This document shows, in pieces, positions 34,315-48,000 of a stretch of 64,000 nucleotides of DNA. The notes under the pieces are model-generated. The model saw only the letters and a list, made by a program, of their open reading frames with translations. It did not search any database and was not told the origin of the DNA. This DNA is from Yuukianura sp. NJ FZ-2021. Lineage: Eukaryota. The DNA lies in the NCBI GenBank assembly GCA_046563655.1, contig CM102286.1:1364001-1428000 (forward strand). The letters are read 5' to 3'. Each line of letters opens with the position of its first letter. The stretch's first letter is position 1. The translations under genes were made by a program, and so were the position numbers.

Positions 34315-37300
34315 ATGGCGTCCACGTCGCCTTCGCTGTCTCCGACTGGACCAAATTCAGGACAACGCAACTCGTCCATCTTCTCTGAGCTGAATGGGCT
34401 CGTTTACGAGGTAAAACTTGTTCTAAATTTTTTTAAACAAGCTGTTCTAACAATTGAAAACACATTTTTGTTCTAAACAGTACCTGAACATCACTGGAAT
34501 GACCAAAACCATGGCCTCATTTCAAACAGAATGTCATGACAAGTCTTTGCCGTGTGCTCCAAAGGAAGCCCTTGCCAAGTCAACTTTTACTCAGGCCGAC
34601 TCCAACCAACTTTTGGAAAGTTTTGACACCGGTGACATGTCAACTTTCATACAGGTACAAGAATACCATCAAAATTTTAAAAATTCAAAAATTCGAACCA
34701 AAATTATATAAAAAAACACCAAATTTTTTAGAAATGGACCCTGTTCCTGTCTCACATTCACATTACGAGTGACGACATGAAAAAACTGGAAGTGTACCTT
34801 TACGTTTACTTTGGACTTTGGCCAAGAGCCAACAATCTTGCAGAAGATCGACAGGTCAAGGCCATGGCCACACTCAAAGCCTATTTTGAAGAAAATTCAG
34901 CCGAACTTTCAAAAGATTCTACGATTCTGCCGCTCTTTGCTCTGCCCTTCATCCATGACCCCAAGCAACATCCAGTCTTCCAGGAACTTATGGAGGTCAT
35001 ATGATCATAATTAAAAAAAAAGTCACAAGTTTTCAAATTTTCGAAATTTTGATTTCCACTTTCAGGAAGTTTGGAGTGAGAGACTCCGGACCCAGTTGGA
35101 AGCTACACTTCTGAAGTACTTTGAACTTCTCCAAGAAAATATTGGGCACCATTCGAAACTTGCCGCGGTGGTACTGCGAGCACAGCACGGATCCAAGAAA
35201 TCTTTTGGACCAATCGACGCTACTATTCAGTACCACCAAGACAGATTTTTCCAACTCATGACAACATATCGCAAAGTACGCAAACTCCTGCGTGGAACCC
35301 GCGAAAGCTACGGAAAACTGCTGAGTAAGCTACAAAATCCTACAATTTTGCAAAATTCAAACAAAGTTTCTCGAAATTTTCAGAAACAAACAATTTTCCT
35401 ACTTTTTTTGCAGAGGTTTCAAACGAAATGGTTACCGGCCTAGAGGAAGCTGTGAATGGAACAGTAGACAGTCTGGAACCGACTATGCAAAAATGCTATG
35501 CCATTTTCCCTGAACTTTTTACACCAGATCTTCCTTCGAACGTAACTTTTCGCAATTTTTCTAAAAGTGTTCAAATTTTTGAAATTTTAAAACTGTTAGG
35601 GAAAACCGGACAAAGAATATTTCAAAAAATTAGCCGGAGCAGCCATTTTCAACAACATTTTGGATTCAGACGTGAGCCTGTTTTTCATTGGAATCTCGGA
35701 CTTGGGCCCTGAATCTCTCAACTATCCGAAAATCAAAGAAACTTTGGTTTCGGACCAAGTCAGCCAATCACAGAAACTTTGTTTACTGCAATCACTACGT
35801 TGGGTAAAAACATAACTTCAAAAAAAAAGTTTTTCCAAAAAGTCGAAAATTCAAAATCAAGAACCAAAATTTTCATTTTTAAAGCTCCTAACCAAGACTT
35901 TTCCAAAATGCCGTGAATATGCCATGGAAGCTTTCACCGGTGCTGATCTGCTTGGACTCAATGCAAAAACGAAGGAATATCGGAACAAGCTCTTCGCTTG
36001 CATGGTTACCCAAACGCCGACGTACATGAAAGAGGTACAAAATTTAAAAAAAAAATCCCATTTTTTTAAAATGTAGTTTTTGTGTTCTAAGTTTAACTTT
36101 TTCTATAAAAAGTGTTTCGCCCGTCTCCTAAATTCCTTTGCTTCAATCAAAATCGGACGTTCGTATCTTGCCAGTAGTACGCACACTCTGGACGTTTTGG
36201 TCACAGCGCTCGTGACATGCAAAAGTGACAACGAATCCTACATTTGTCAAATGATCATCGCCACGCTCCAGAAATTAAGCTTGAGGTAAAAATTCCAAAT
36301 TACAAAACATTTTTTTTTAAACTGGCACTTTTTCTAAAATTTTGAAGAAAGGAGATGCGACTGGGCATGATTGAGCGGAAAGTGATTCAGTGGTTGGCAG
36401 TGTACCTGAAGGCAGAACTGGCAAAGAAACAAGTACCATCGTCAGCGGACAATGGAAACAACATGGAAGTGAGCTACAATCCGTACTTGATGGAATACGG
36501 TTGGGCACTTCTCATGAATCTCTGTCTCCACGAAGAAGCCAAACCAGCATCAGCAGCCTTCGCAACGGATATTCTCACTTCAGTCGTCCAAATGCTCTTT
36601 GCTAAACCGACTCCAGACGTAAAGTTTCTCAAAATTTATGAAAGCATATAAACTTTAACAACTTTCATAAAATTTCAAAAATTTTGCCTCAGGTTGCCCC
36701 ATACGTCGTCAGCACTTTGTACAGCCTACTCCGGAATCCAGAAGTTTTCAACATTGCCAAGAGAATGTGCCTCCATGATACACTCACCCAAATTGTTGGA
36801 AACGTAAGTCCCACAAAATTTCTAAAATTTTGAAAAACTTTTGAAAACTACCTCAAAGTTTCAAAAACCTTTTTTTGTTGCTAAATCAGAGCAAGACTGA
36901 AATGGCTCATCACTTACGGAAACTCATCGAGGTGCTGAGCACAAAAGGACATGACCGGATCACGACTACTGGAGAAGTGGACTATGACGATGATGACAAC
37001 GTACTAAAACATGGTCAACTTAAATGTTAACCTAACGTTATTTAAACTAACGAAAACCTAACTTTAGGCTGATCCAGAAGAATTTGAACCTGAACTGGAA
37101 GTTAGCGAATGCTGGACAGCATCGCTGGACGCCGGAAGCCACATTGGAGACGACCTGCTCGTACGAGAGTATCTGCTTCACCGTGAACTCGTTCTTCCTG
37201 AAACTCCGCAGCAAAAGTACCAAAACATTCTAAAAACTTTGAAACAATAATTTTTTTTTAAAATTCGAAATTTTTTAGAAACCAAATTCAATCCGTCCAT

Positions 37301-37915
37301 ACGCGGCCCACCACTCCGAAGAGCTTCTCCCTTGCCGCGCAAAGTCCAATCACTCAATGTCAACCAGTTAAATCTTCCCGCCACGTCCCCACTCCTTCGC
37401 GTCGTGAAAGTCTGTCCAAGAAGCCTTTCAATACAAGTGCTGAACGGTTTGCTACTGCGCAGAGCAAACGGAACGACAATTCGAAACGGAAAGTTCAAAA
37501 TTCTGAAACGTCTAAACCGGCTTTCCCTCCAAAACCTGCCAGTCCAATTCCATCTCAAGCAGGACCGTCATCTAACACTGCTGTCAGTGGCGGAACCGGA
37601 CTCAAATCAAAATTGAAATCCACCGGCAGCAATGAAATCGGAGTCAAAAAAGTTCAAAAAACTCCGCCAACGCGTTTTGAACAGCCCGCCGTGACCCTGC
37701 CTCCGCTTGGTCCAGAGAAACAAAACGTTTACTACAATGGGTCTGTACTTATGAACCTCGTCAAAGGAAACTACAAAAACTTTGACGCTCAAATGTTCAC
37801 TGATGACATTTTTGCTAGCGTCCCACCACCGCCCCACCAAATTTTGGACTCTGAGCAAAATCAACAAGCCAACAACTTTGCACCTCCGTCTACCAATCAG
37901 AACACGGCGTCCTAA
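34315..37915 (+). CDS. ARMC9: LisH-domain armadillo protein ARMC9 (ciliary)
   Basis: N-terminal LisH (SELNGLVYEYL...TMASFQTEC), KLEVYLYVYF, LPLFALPFIHDPKQHPVFQEL, LLQSLRW, ARLLNSFAS..GRSYL, ATLQKLSLR, YLMEYGWALLMNLCL; multi-exon; low-complexity C-terminus. Confidence 0.88.
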
Positions 37916-39008
37916 ACTTCTCTCCACCAATCAGAATACGGCGTCGTAAACTTCCATCCACCAATCACAATACGGCGTCTTACACACTTCAAAAAACAAA
38001 CCGCGAAAGAGATTTTAAATTTTAGCGGCAAGAAGATTTCAAAATTCCAAAATTCAATATTTCTATCCCACTTTAACATAAACTGTATAAAACTAAACCA
38101 AAATTTCACATTTGCAGAATTTGTGACTGAAGGCGAATTTATTATACTTTTACAAATTCGAAAAAAAAAATCAAAATTTTTAAGTTGTGCTTGCTGCTGA
38201 TTTTGTGCTAGAGTTTTGAACGCTAAAGCTTGAGCGAAAATTTTTGCTTCCAGAGCAGTTTTCTACTAAAATTTCTGTTAAAATTCTGCTAAACAAAAAA
38301 TTCAGTTTTAGCTAAATATAAAATCTGTTTACATTTTTAAAATCTAGAATAGACTGTTTCTAATTATCTCTAGTTTTCATCAACTAAATACATTGTACTA
38401 TTTTTTTTTAAATTAAAATTCCATAAGTTAAAGCCATTATAGGGCACTTAAATTTTTCAAACAGTAAATTACAAGGCAACGACTAGAAGGTTTAGGAGCA
38501 GAAAAGCTTCAAGTGCTTTAAAAGCTTCCCGAGTATTTTGAGTATTCATCTGCAATGGAACTTTTCTCATAATTTTGAAGTGTCAAATAGTACAGCGTTT
38601 TAAAAAAAAAAGAAGTTTGTTTTAAGCTGCCATATGTATCACACCGTACATTTTAGTTCGAAATTCTTAAACTTTTAAATATTTTATAATTTAAAATTTG
38701 TCTTAAAAGCTTCTAAATTTTATATTTAGCTACACAAAAATATATTGTTTCATTAGTATGTTGTGTTCTCAAGTTCATATTAAGTGCATATAAGTTCATA
38801 ACTTTTCACATTGCCATATGTGAAACTATTTTCTAAAAAAAAATCTACCAAAAAACAAAAATTTCAAAACAAACAGCTAACTGCATTGCCCATAAAACTT
38901 TTCAAAATCTCACTCTGAGGTCTCACTTTTTTTTTCTCTAAAATTGAAAATCTCACAATTTTACCACAATTCATTTCTAAAGAGGCCTAAAACAACTTTA
39001 GTCGACTA

Positions 39009-42000
39009 TCAATCACACTCTAGGGACACTCCATTTTGATGCGGCGTCTCTTCAAATTCAAAATTCCCACCACTTTTTCCAATTTTCCCACCACCGCAAC
39101 TCCCATTTTTGGCTAGAAAAGAGTCATCTTCCAGAAGAGCCACTTTACTGTCCCTAATACAGGCGAGGATGAACGACGGACTAAAATTTCCAGCTATCCA
39201 TTTCGATCTTTCAAAAAAATTACTCAAATTAACACCCAAATTCACCAGAAAACTAAAAAAATTCACAAAAAAGCACCAAGCAGCAGCATAAAAAAGTACA
39301 AACGAGGAAATGTCATGACCTCAAATTTCACAAAAATTTCCTAACACGCAAACCGATAATTGGAAACCAAAAACCTCAAAAAACTTCGCACTAAAAATTT
39401 GGAAAAAGCCCAAAAAGCAACCTTGCATGGAAGCGAAACAAAAAAAAATTTTTTTTGACCAACCTGTCGTTCGTTTCAGAAATCATTTCACGAACAGCTC
39501 GACTAATAAATGAATTCCACGGCGACGTTTTATAGTAAGGCATTAGGATTCCCTCGAGCTCACTGCCAGACAAACTCCTGTCCATCCAATGTCGAACCAC
39601 AATGTCGACAAACCGGTACGTCTTAAACAACAAACCGGTACTTAACTATAGGAGCTCCAAATACTTTCCAAATCGGTCAAAACCGGCTAAATTTTTACAT
39701 TCTCACCAAACCAAAACAAATTTGAACTTACCTCTTGCAGACAATTCGTTTCGCGTTCTTTTGTCTGCGCATAATCCGAAATCAAGGCAGCTTCACCTCC
39801 AGGTTGATCTTTAGCTTTAAGTCGAGATCTCAACACACCTTCATAGTCCTTCTCCATCATGTACACTGTAGCCGCTGCTTCATGATTTCCATACTTTGCA
39901 CACTGAAAAAAATCAAAACTTTTAAACAAGGAAAATTTTTAACAAATTGCATCATTTCTACAAAAACTAGCAAAACAACAATTTGTGCTTACTTACCAAA
40001 GTTGCAACATAAGTCGCACTATAATTTCGATGAAACGTTTGAAGAACCCAACTGAGCAGTTCATTTCCAACGACAAGTGTTGGCGGTGCAATTTGAATGC
40101 TCGGTAAAATTGAATTTTCAGTTTCCGCTACTTGTGACTTTCTTGGCAATCCAGTAACTTCTTTCGGTTTGTAATGAACGTTTGCCGGTTGTCTCACCCG
40201 CAACACCCGCTTTTTCGTTTTGATCGTTAGAATTGACGAGTCTTGGTCCGTGTCCATTCTTCCAAGCTAAAATTTTCAAAAAAATTCAAAATTTTCAAAA
40301 AACGCTTCTAAAATATGTGGTGCCAAAACCTACCTGTCCAGCAGAATTAAATCCATAACCAAACACACGTCCACTGTCTCTTTCCACAACCCAACTACAT
40401 TCACCAGCACAAACGACGTCCGATGCCACCAAAACTCTGTCTTCCGAATCAATCAGTTCCAGCCCCTTGCAGTCGTCATCAGCTCGCATCAGCTGACCAT
40501 TCTTGCCCAACCTGTAAAATTCAAAAATTCGTTGTTTCGAAATTCAAAAATTATGAAGTTTTGAAAAATCAAAAACCGAAGGTAGCATGCCATTTCGTCG
40601 AATTAATTACAGCAAAGTCGAACTACTGTAAGAAGTAAATTACTGCGAAAGGTAACAGCAAACTTTTCGAAGTAATTTGACTTTTGAAGAAATTCGTTTA
40701 GCAGTAATTCATTCGACGAAATGGCATGGAACCAAAACTCAACAACTCCATCACTTTTCCTTTGAGTTATCGTAGTTTCTCATCTTACCCCCAACTGTAC
40801 ACCAATCCAGGAGTAGTCAAAACAGCAAAATGCGTTGTTGCCAAATGTGCTTTGACAATATCTCCCGCCAAATGACTCGCGTCAATCAAAGTGGGACTAA
40901 AAAAGTCTTTTTCTTCAACAGTTTCTGTCGCCTGTTGTGGAGTAGAATTCCGACCATCCGCGGCCGCCTTTTTTCTTGCTCCAGACAACATTGTTCGAAT
41001 ACAACTCGGATTTATACCAGCATAAAAAATTCTATTCCTCATCGTCACAAAAGCCTAAAAAGAGAGAAAAACACACACAAAAGTTAGCATCCAAATCACG
41101 AAATTTAAAATTCAACAACTACTTCAAACTAAACTATCATTATTTCATATCAGTCGTTTTCCAAACCATCAAAGTCCCGACCATTTTCAACTTAAAATTC
41201 AGTTTTCAAAATTCGGGTATTTCAACTTTCCCACTTTTTCCAATTTCGTACATGTCCTCCCCCTTGTAAAAGCTAAATAATAAATTTAGCAAAGAGCAAC
41301 AAGCAACCACCACTTGGAATGTACCAAATATTTTATTGGAAATTGAGCTGAAGGAAAAGTAGTCTAAATTGTATGATTGAAAAGCAAAAAGAAAGTATCA
41401 ACAACGCAAAACCTTATAAGCGTAGACAACTTAAAAAAATACTTTTACCTCCCTGCAAAAATATATTCCATTTGTAGCTCATTTTAGCACTATTACCAAC
41501 AGTCGCCTTTTACTTATAGTTTTCTAGAAAAAAAAACGAAATATGAAATCCACATGCATTAATAAGTAAAAGATTATCAAGATTGAAGTGAACCTTGAGA
41601 AAGTTCTAAAATGGCACAAAAAGTCCTACGTTCCATGACCAGAACTTAGAATTCCTTAAGAGAGGAAGTAGGCAGGGCGGACATAAAACAATCCAAAGTA
41701 ATTTAAAACGGGTCAACTAAAAGGCGGAGTTGACTTTTCAATCGTTTCGAAAACTTATTTTGCAAAGTGCAGAACCAGAGTGTTAAATTCGCTCAAAAAC
41801 TTCACAAGCATTCGCCATTTTTTGAAAATGGCTGGTTAAGTTTTGACGCGAAACGCAACGCAACATTAAAAACAATTCGAAACTCAAAACAGATCTCTGC
41901 TTTCTAATTTTTTATTTGGAAAATGTTCACAAAAAGGTTCTGTTGCTCAAACAATCCTGCTACAGTTGCCAAAATGTTGGCCACAATTGACATGGTAAGT

Positions 42001-45000
42001 CCAAATTTTGAAATTTCCTAAAAACTATACACCACATTTTCAAAAAATTTCAAAAATTTCTAAATTTGTGCAGGTCTTCTCCGTCCTAATGCTCTTCATC
42101 CTCAGTTCCTTCGTCCACATCTTCCTCAACTACCCACAAACCCTACGAACAATGACAGAAGAAAATCCTGAAAAACAGGAAGATCTCAGAAAATTTCTCA
42201 TATGGGGACGTAAGTTCAATTTTCAAATTCAATTCCAAAATTTTTCAAAAACCCAATATTTTTTTTAAAATTAGCTCAAAAGAAAGCCTTGATGCTCTCC
42301 GTTCCTTTCATTGGAAGTATTTTCAACGGACTCAAAGGCGGTCTGCTCTTCTTCGGTGCTCAACAGGTTAGCATTTCCCGCAAAATTCAAAATTCAAAAA
42401 ATTAATTTGAAGGTAAATGACCTCTCCAGAAATCATGAGCTAATGTAGCGTTTGGGAATAGCCCCCAGCCAACCCGCCTGTGTAGCCGAGAGCATGATAG
42501 CTCAATGGTTAGAGCTCTTCCCGGAGTGTAGAGATGTGGGTTCGAGTCCCACTCGGTTCTTTATTTTTCACACTATCATTCATTGTCTCTCAAGCCATAT
42601 GAGCACAGAACCTCACACTAACCAACCTCTGTCTTTACAGCGCAGTCTCACAGCCATCAAAATATGGCTCATCCTCACTTTCATATTCCTAATGACCAGT
42701 TTCTTGGCATTTGTGCCCGAAGTGATCTTCACGCAAGACAAATGGATCGTCGTCACTCTAACTCTCATGGACTGGATCTACGAAGCCTACTCCATATGGA
42801 TTGTCAAGTGCCTGTTCTTCGAACTCCTGCAGGAAGCCCGGGTAGCAAGCAGAAGTCATGACACCATGGAAACACATCTCTCCCCCACCCCCAATTCACT
42901 TCCGCCCCCCTCGCACTCCCCCTCCCCTTCACCCTCATCTGCCAAAAGTCAGCCCTTCCTCAACATCGTTACTGAATTTCCTCCTAGGACTCCTAGTCCC
43001 GCATCAAATCAATCAAAAACTCACAAAAACAAGACGTCAACGTCCTGAAAATCAAAATTTCCACAAAATTTACTTCGCTCCATCAAACAACTGAAAACTT
43101 ATAAACGAAAATCTATCGAAAACGAAACTATTCGCACTAAACACGCTGTTATAATTTTTAATAAAAAGGACAAAATATTCGTCTTTTTTTGTTCAAGCCA
43201 AACTCAAATTCATATTTCCCATTGATTTCAAAAATTTTGTAATTTGAAAAATTTAAAACAGCTTGATCTTTTTAAGTCCAATCTTCACGAATACCTAAAA
43301 TTTCTTCTTGATGCAATCTAGCTGTCTCAGGAATACCTAGAATTATTTCTGGTTTACTGCTTTTCACAGTTTCAACTGTATCATTTATCAATTTCCCATG
43401 CTTTCACTTTACTAAATTGAATCATTATTCCAATTTACTTTCTCTGTCTTCACCCAAAAATATTTTCTTCCCGAATTATCTTCAATTTTCAAACGACATT
43501 TCATTACTTTTCCTGTCAATTCGTAGTTTTTGTGCCATTCACCGCCTTTTTGTGCCAATTCGAAAACTTCCGCCTCTTATTTTATTAAAGTTTCTCACAT
43601 CCATTTATTGCAAAAATAATCACGCAACATTCAACCTCCGTCCATTCCAAAATACATTTTGACATCAATCGAACTTTCTCCACTCCACTTTCACTTGCAA
43701 CCTTTTCAACCAGGATATTGTACTAGTCCTTTCATTTCTCAGAAGTGTATGACATCATCCTACACAGGTTGATGAACCCAACGAAAAAAGCTTCCTGAAA
43801 CCTACTTTTACTTTTCAATTTTCCAATAGTAGCCACCACCTCAAACAGAAAAGCTCCACTTTCTCCTCATTTCCACTTCAATTACGCTACTGAACACTTT
43901 CGCATCCACTGCCCAGTATGACCCAGCATGACAAACATGAAGATCCAGTACTGCGGAGCAGACACGGCCTTCGTTCCAGTCATCGTCACTTCCATCCTAG
44001 ACATGGTGAGCCTATTTTTAAGATCTAATCTAAAGATCTGAAATCTAAAGATCCTTTTAAACGAACTTTTTAAATTTCACAATTAAAATTTTGAAATTTT
44101 AATTTTGTTCCTTTTCAGCTTTTTTCTGCCATTGTAATTGGTTTCCTGTCCTACATAGCTTTTATGCTAAGTCATCCACAAGATCTGGAGCAAGTGGTGA
44201 CCAGGATAGACCCAGAAAGAACCGGAAACCTTGCCACTTTCCTTCAACACACAAGTACGTTGCCTAAACTAACGCAAACATAATCTAACAATTAATCATT
44301 TTACGTTAAGTCATATTAATGAAAAACCCATTCAGAAAGTTGTCACTTTGTTGACTTTCACTTTACTTTCACCTCATATTTCAGCCGGTGAACAGACGAT
44401 GATGCTAACAATTCCCTTTGTAAGCAACATACTCGGAGTTCTCATGGCCATCTTCCTTCTCGTTAGTACTCTCAAGGTATGAAAAACTAACCCAACTTAA
44501 GCTAGATACACTAACTTTTTACAGTAAAACACTAAATTTTACACTAAAACACAAATTTTACACTAAAACACTAAATTTTACACTAAAACACTAAATCTTT
44601 GTAATTTTTTCAGAAACACGTGAATGCACTTAGGATTTGGTTCATCCTGACCATGATCTTCATGATTCTCCAAATGATCATTTTCATTACACAAATTACA
44701 ACAGGAAGGAACTCTGCCGTATTCATAGTTCCCGGAATTTTTGAATATCTGTACAGAATCTACGTTCTCTGGGTCGTACGCTCTTACATAAAAGAAATCA
44801 ACTCTATTGAAGAAGACAAATCAGAGGAAACGTCAGTTGAAGCTGAACCAGAAGCAGAGTGAACAAAATAAAAAAATAAAAAATATTTGAAAAATTTCAA
44901 AAAAAAAAAAAATGCAGCCTTTCCCTCAAATTCTGGAATTTAAGTACCTCTACCCGTAAATTTGTATTACTAAAACGGAATGGGAACAAAAACTTTAGAA

Positions 45001-48000
45001 AGCTATTCTAATAAAAACTATTATTAAAAAATAAATTAAAAAATGACTAAAAAGTAGTTTAAGAAATGCTAAAACTGTGCGTTGCACATGCGCAGACTAT
45101 AAATCCGAAATGCCACGGTCAAACGGTCACCTTGAAATTGAATTCCCGGGTAGTGTGCAACAGGAAAATGGTAAGCGAACAAAACCTCCGCCGAGATTCT
45201 AATCCTGTCAGTGCCACAATCGATCTCACAAAGTTCACAAATCGCGGGAAAATCACGCCTTACTTTGCAAGCCATTTTTAAAAATAGTGTAAGAAAAATT
45301 TTTTGGAAAAAAAAATTAAAATTTGCTTAACTAAGATTAACTGCGTCGCTTTTAGCACAATGACTGAAACCAGGAAATACTGTTGTTCCAATCGAGCTCC
45401 ATTTGAAGCAGTTAACTGCGGTACAGTTGACCTAGTAAGTTCAACCAAAAATTTCCGACTTTTTCAAAATTTCAAAAAAAAAATAATTTTTTTTTGAAGA
45501 TCATAAGTCTAATTGGACTGTTTACTACCGCTGTCTTCACATATTTTTACGTGTCAAACTCAAACAGCCTACACACAGCTACACAAATGTTCGGACCTGT
45601 CAAAAGATTTGTGCTTCTGAACGGTATGTTTTCGAAATTCAAAAATGCAAATTTTTAAATCCAAAATTTTATCACAAGTTTTTAAAAATTCTTTTAGAAT
45701 CAGAACAAAGTGGCCTTCTTGTATGCTTCTTCATACTCACTTCACTCAAAGCCGCACATTCTGCACTTCTCCTCGTAGCGTCAATTTCGGTACAGGAAAA
45801 AAATTCTCAAACTTTCCCTTCTCTAAACAAAATTCCAAAAACCGTAAATAAAAATTAAAAATTCTACTTTTCATAGATAGATACATATCCAATTACCTTT
45901 TCTAGCAAAATTCTCTCCTTCTCAAAATTTGGATAATTTTTTGCGTTCCTGTTGGACTATTGGCCTCCTCTGCAGCTTTCTTCCTCGCTTACTACGCCCA
46001 TGAAAAACTTTTCTGTGGATCACTAGCTCTGTTCTACGTTCTGTTTCAAATCTACACAATTTGGATCATTCGGGAATACGCTGTTGAACTCACTAGCGTC
46101 ACTGTTTCAGATAGTCAAACTCAACTACAACTCCAGTCTCCCTCAACAACAACCACACAAGACAATTTACAGACTTTACAGTGTTCAAGTCACCAGTGCA
46201 CAAAAGAACGATTTTAAAACTTCCATTTCAAACAAATAAAGGCTTCTAAAAAACTCAAAAAACAAACAAACAAGAAAACTCAAAAGCAAAGTCAAGAATT
46301 TTTTGTCTAAATCTGCCAACTACAATAAACAAAATCCCAAAAGAATTCGGACAAAACACAGTCATTTCATTACAAAAACTCATTTCGAAAATGAACATTT
46401 CACAAAATGTTTTTCATTGAATGACACCAAAAAATTGTGTCACGAGATAATTTAAGTAAAAAGTTCTGCTCGGAAATTGAAAAGGGGAGAGACGTTTTCA
46501 ACAAATTTTCCATGAATTTTGATTTTTGCCGTACTTTAATCATCCCATAACCCATAGCAAAAACTTCCTTATGGTTTTCGCACTTTTAAAAAATCTGGAA
46601 AGCAGTTCCTAGAATGTTCTCTAAACGCTTAGTACAATAGGGTTCCTAGACTATGAAAATTTGACAGAAACACGCAAATTTCTCATTAGCTCTTTCACAT
46701 TCAGCTTTTAAGCTCCACTGCTTCGACTCAAAGTGATCCAAATCTAGGAAACTACAGAAACGTACCATGAAAAGCGCCAAATTACAAACGTAAAAAAACT
46801 TCTAGGAAGCCTGTGCATTTTAGGCTAATCCAATTTTTTTTTCAAAAAAGTCAAGGCCGAAATCAAACGTCCAGTGAAAGTTCTATCACGGAAAAGTAAA
46901 AGTTCCATACAAGTAACTCACAACGTCGCAATAACTTTCAAATTTTGTTAGTTGGCGGTTAGAAAGTTGTCACAAAATGGTGTACACTAATCGCCCAATA
47001 ACAAAATTTTGCTGCTCAGACACTCCGCAGCGGGAAATTCGAATACTCGCTATCTTCAGTATCGTAAGTCAAAAGATCAACGTAAAAAAACTTTCACTTT
47101 CACATTTTTTTTTAAATTCTCAAATTTCGTTACTCGAATCCACTTTTCAGATTTCGACTTCTGTGTGTCTGTTCCTCATTTTCATGGCATTTGCAAATTT
47201 GCAACAACATCATCACGACTACTACATGAAAGGACTTACGGCGCTAACAGAAGCTACGGGAGCCCAAACTCCTTCAAATTCTAGCAGTTTTGTTTGCAAC
47301 GGTTCGATTCCTGTTGAATCCACTCTAAACGACACCGAATTAGTCGAAACGACTACAAATTGCACCGAAAATGTAATTTCGAGCGAAAAGTTAAATGAGC
47401 CAATCACAGCTCGACATTCGACTGCTCCCCCACCTAGCGGGAACGTTCAAACTACAAAACGTTCTGAAACCTCTCACAAAGACAAGAAAAAGAAAAAACC
47501 TTCTATGTCCACACTAGACTGGCTCATGAGTCTCCTACTCTGGGAACGTAAGAACCGGTGCAATCCAAAAATCCAAAATTTTCAAATTTCGAAAAATAAA
47601 AAAATCAAAAGTAATCTTTCTAAATCTACTCCAAATGCTGTATTCCAGGAAACGTCGATATTTTCTGGATAGTTCTACCATTTTTGTGGAACTTTTGCGA
47701 CGGCTTGAGAGCTCTCCTCCTGCTACACGCCTCAACAACAGTTAAGTCCAAATCACACGACAAAATCTAACCAAAAACTCAAAAAACGGCGGGAATTTTT
47801 TAATTTCTTCAGAAACAACCATGCCTTCTCAAACTATGGTACACTCTGACCTCTACGAATGTCGTCACTGGAATCATCATCTTCTACCCTATCTTATCCA
47901 ACTACAAATCCGGAGACCTCATCATCACATTCATAGTGATCTACGTTATTCTCTTATTCTACAACTGCTACTCCCTCTGGATCGTGTCACTCTTCATCAA

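Noticed and set aside
42489..42560. Functional tRNA gene
   Set aside because: Acceptor and anticodon stems are mismatched and the loop is atypical; treated as a SINE or pseudo-tRNA.
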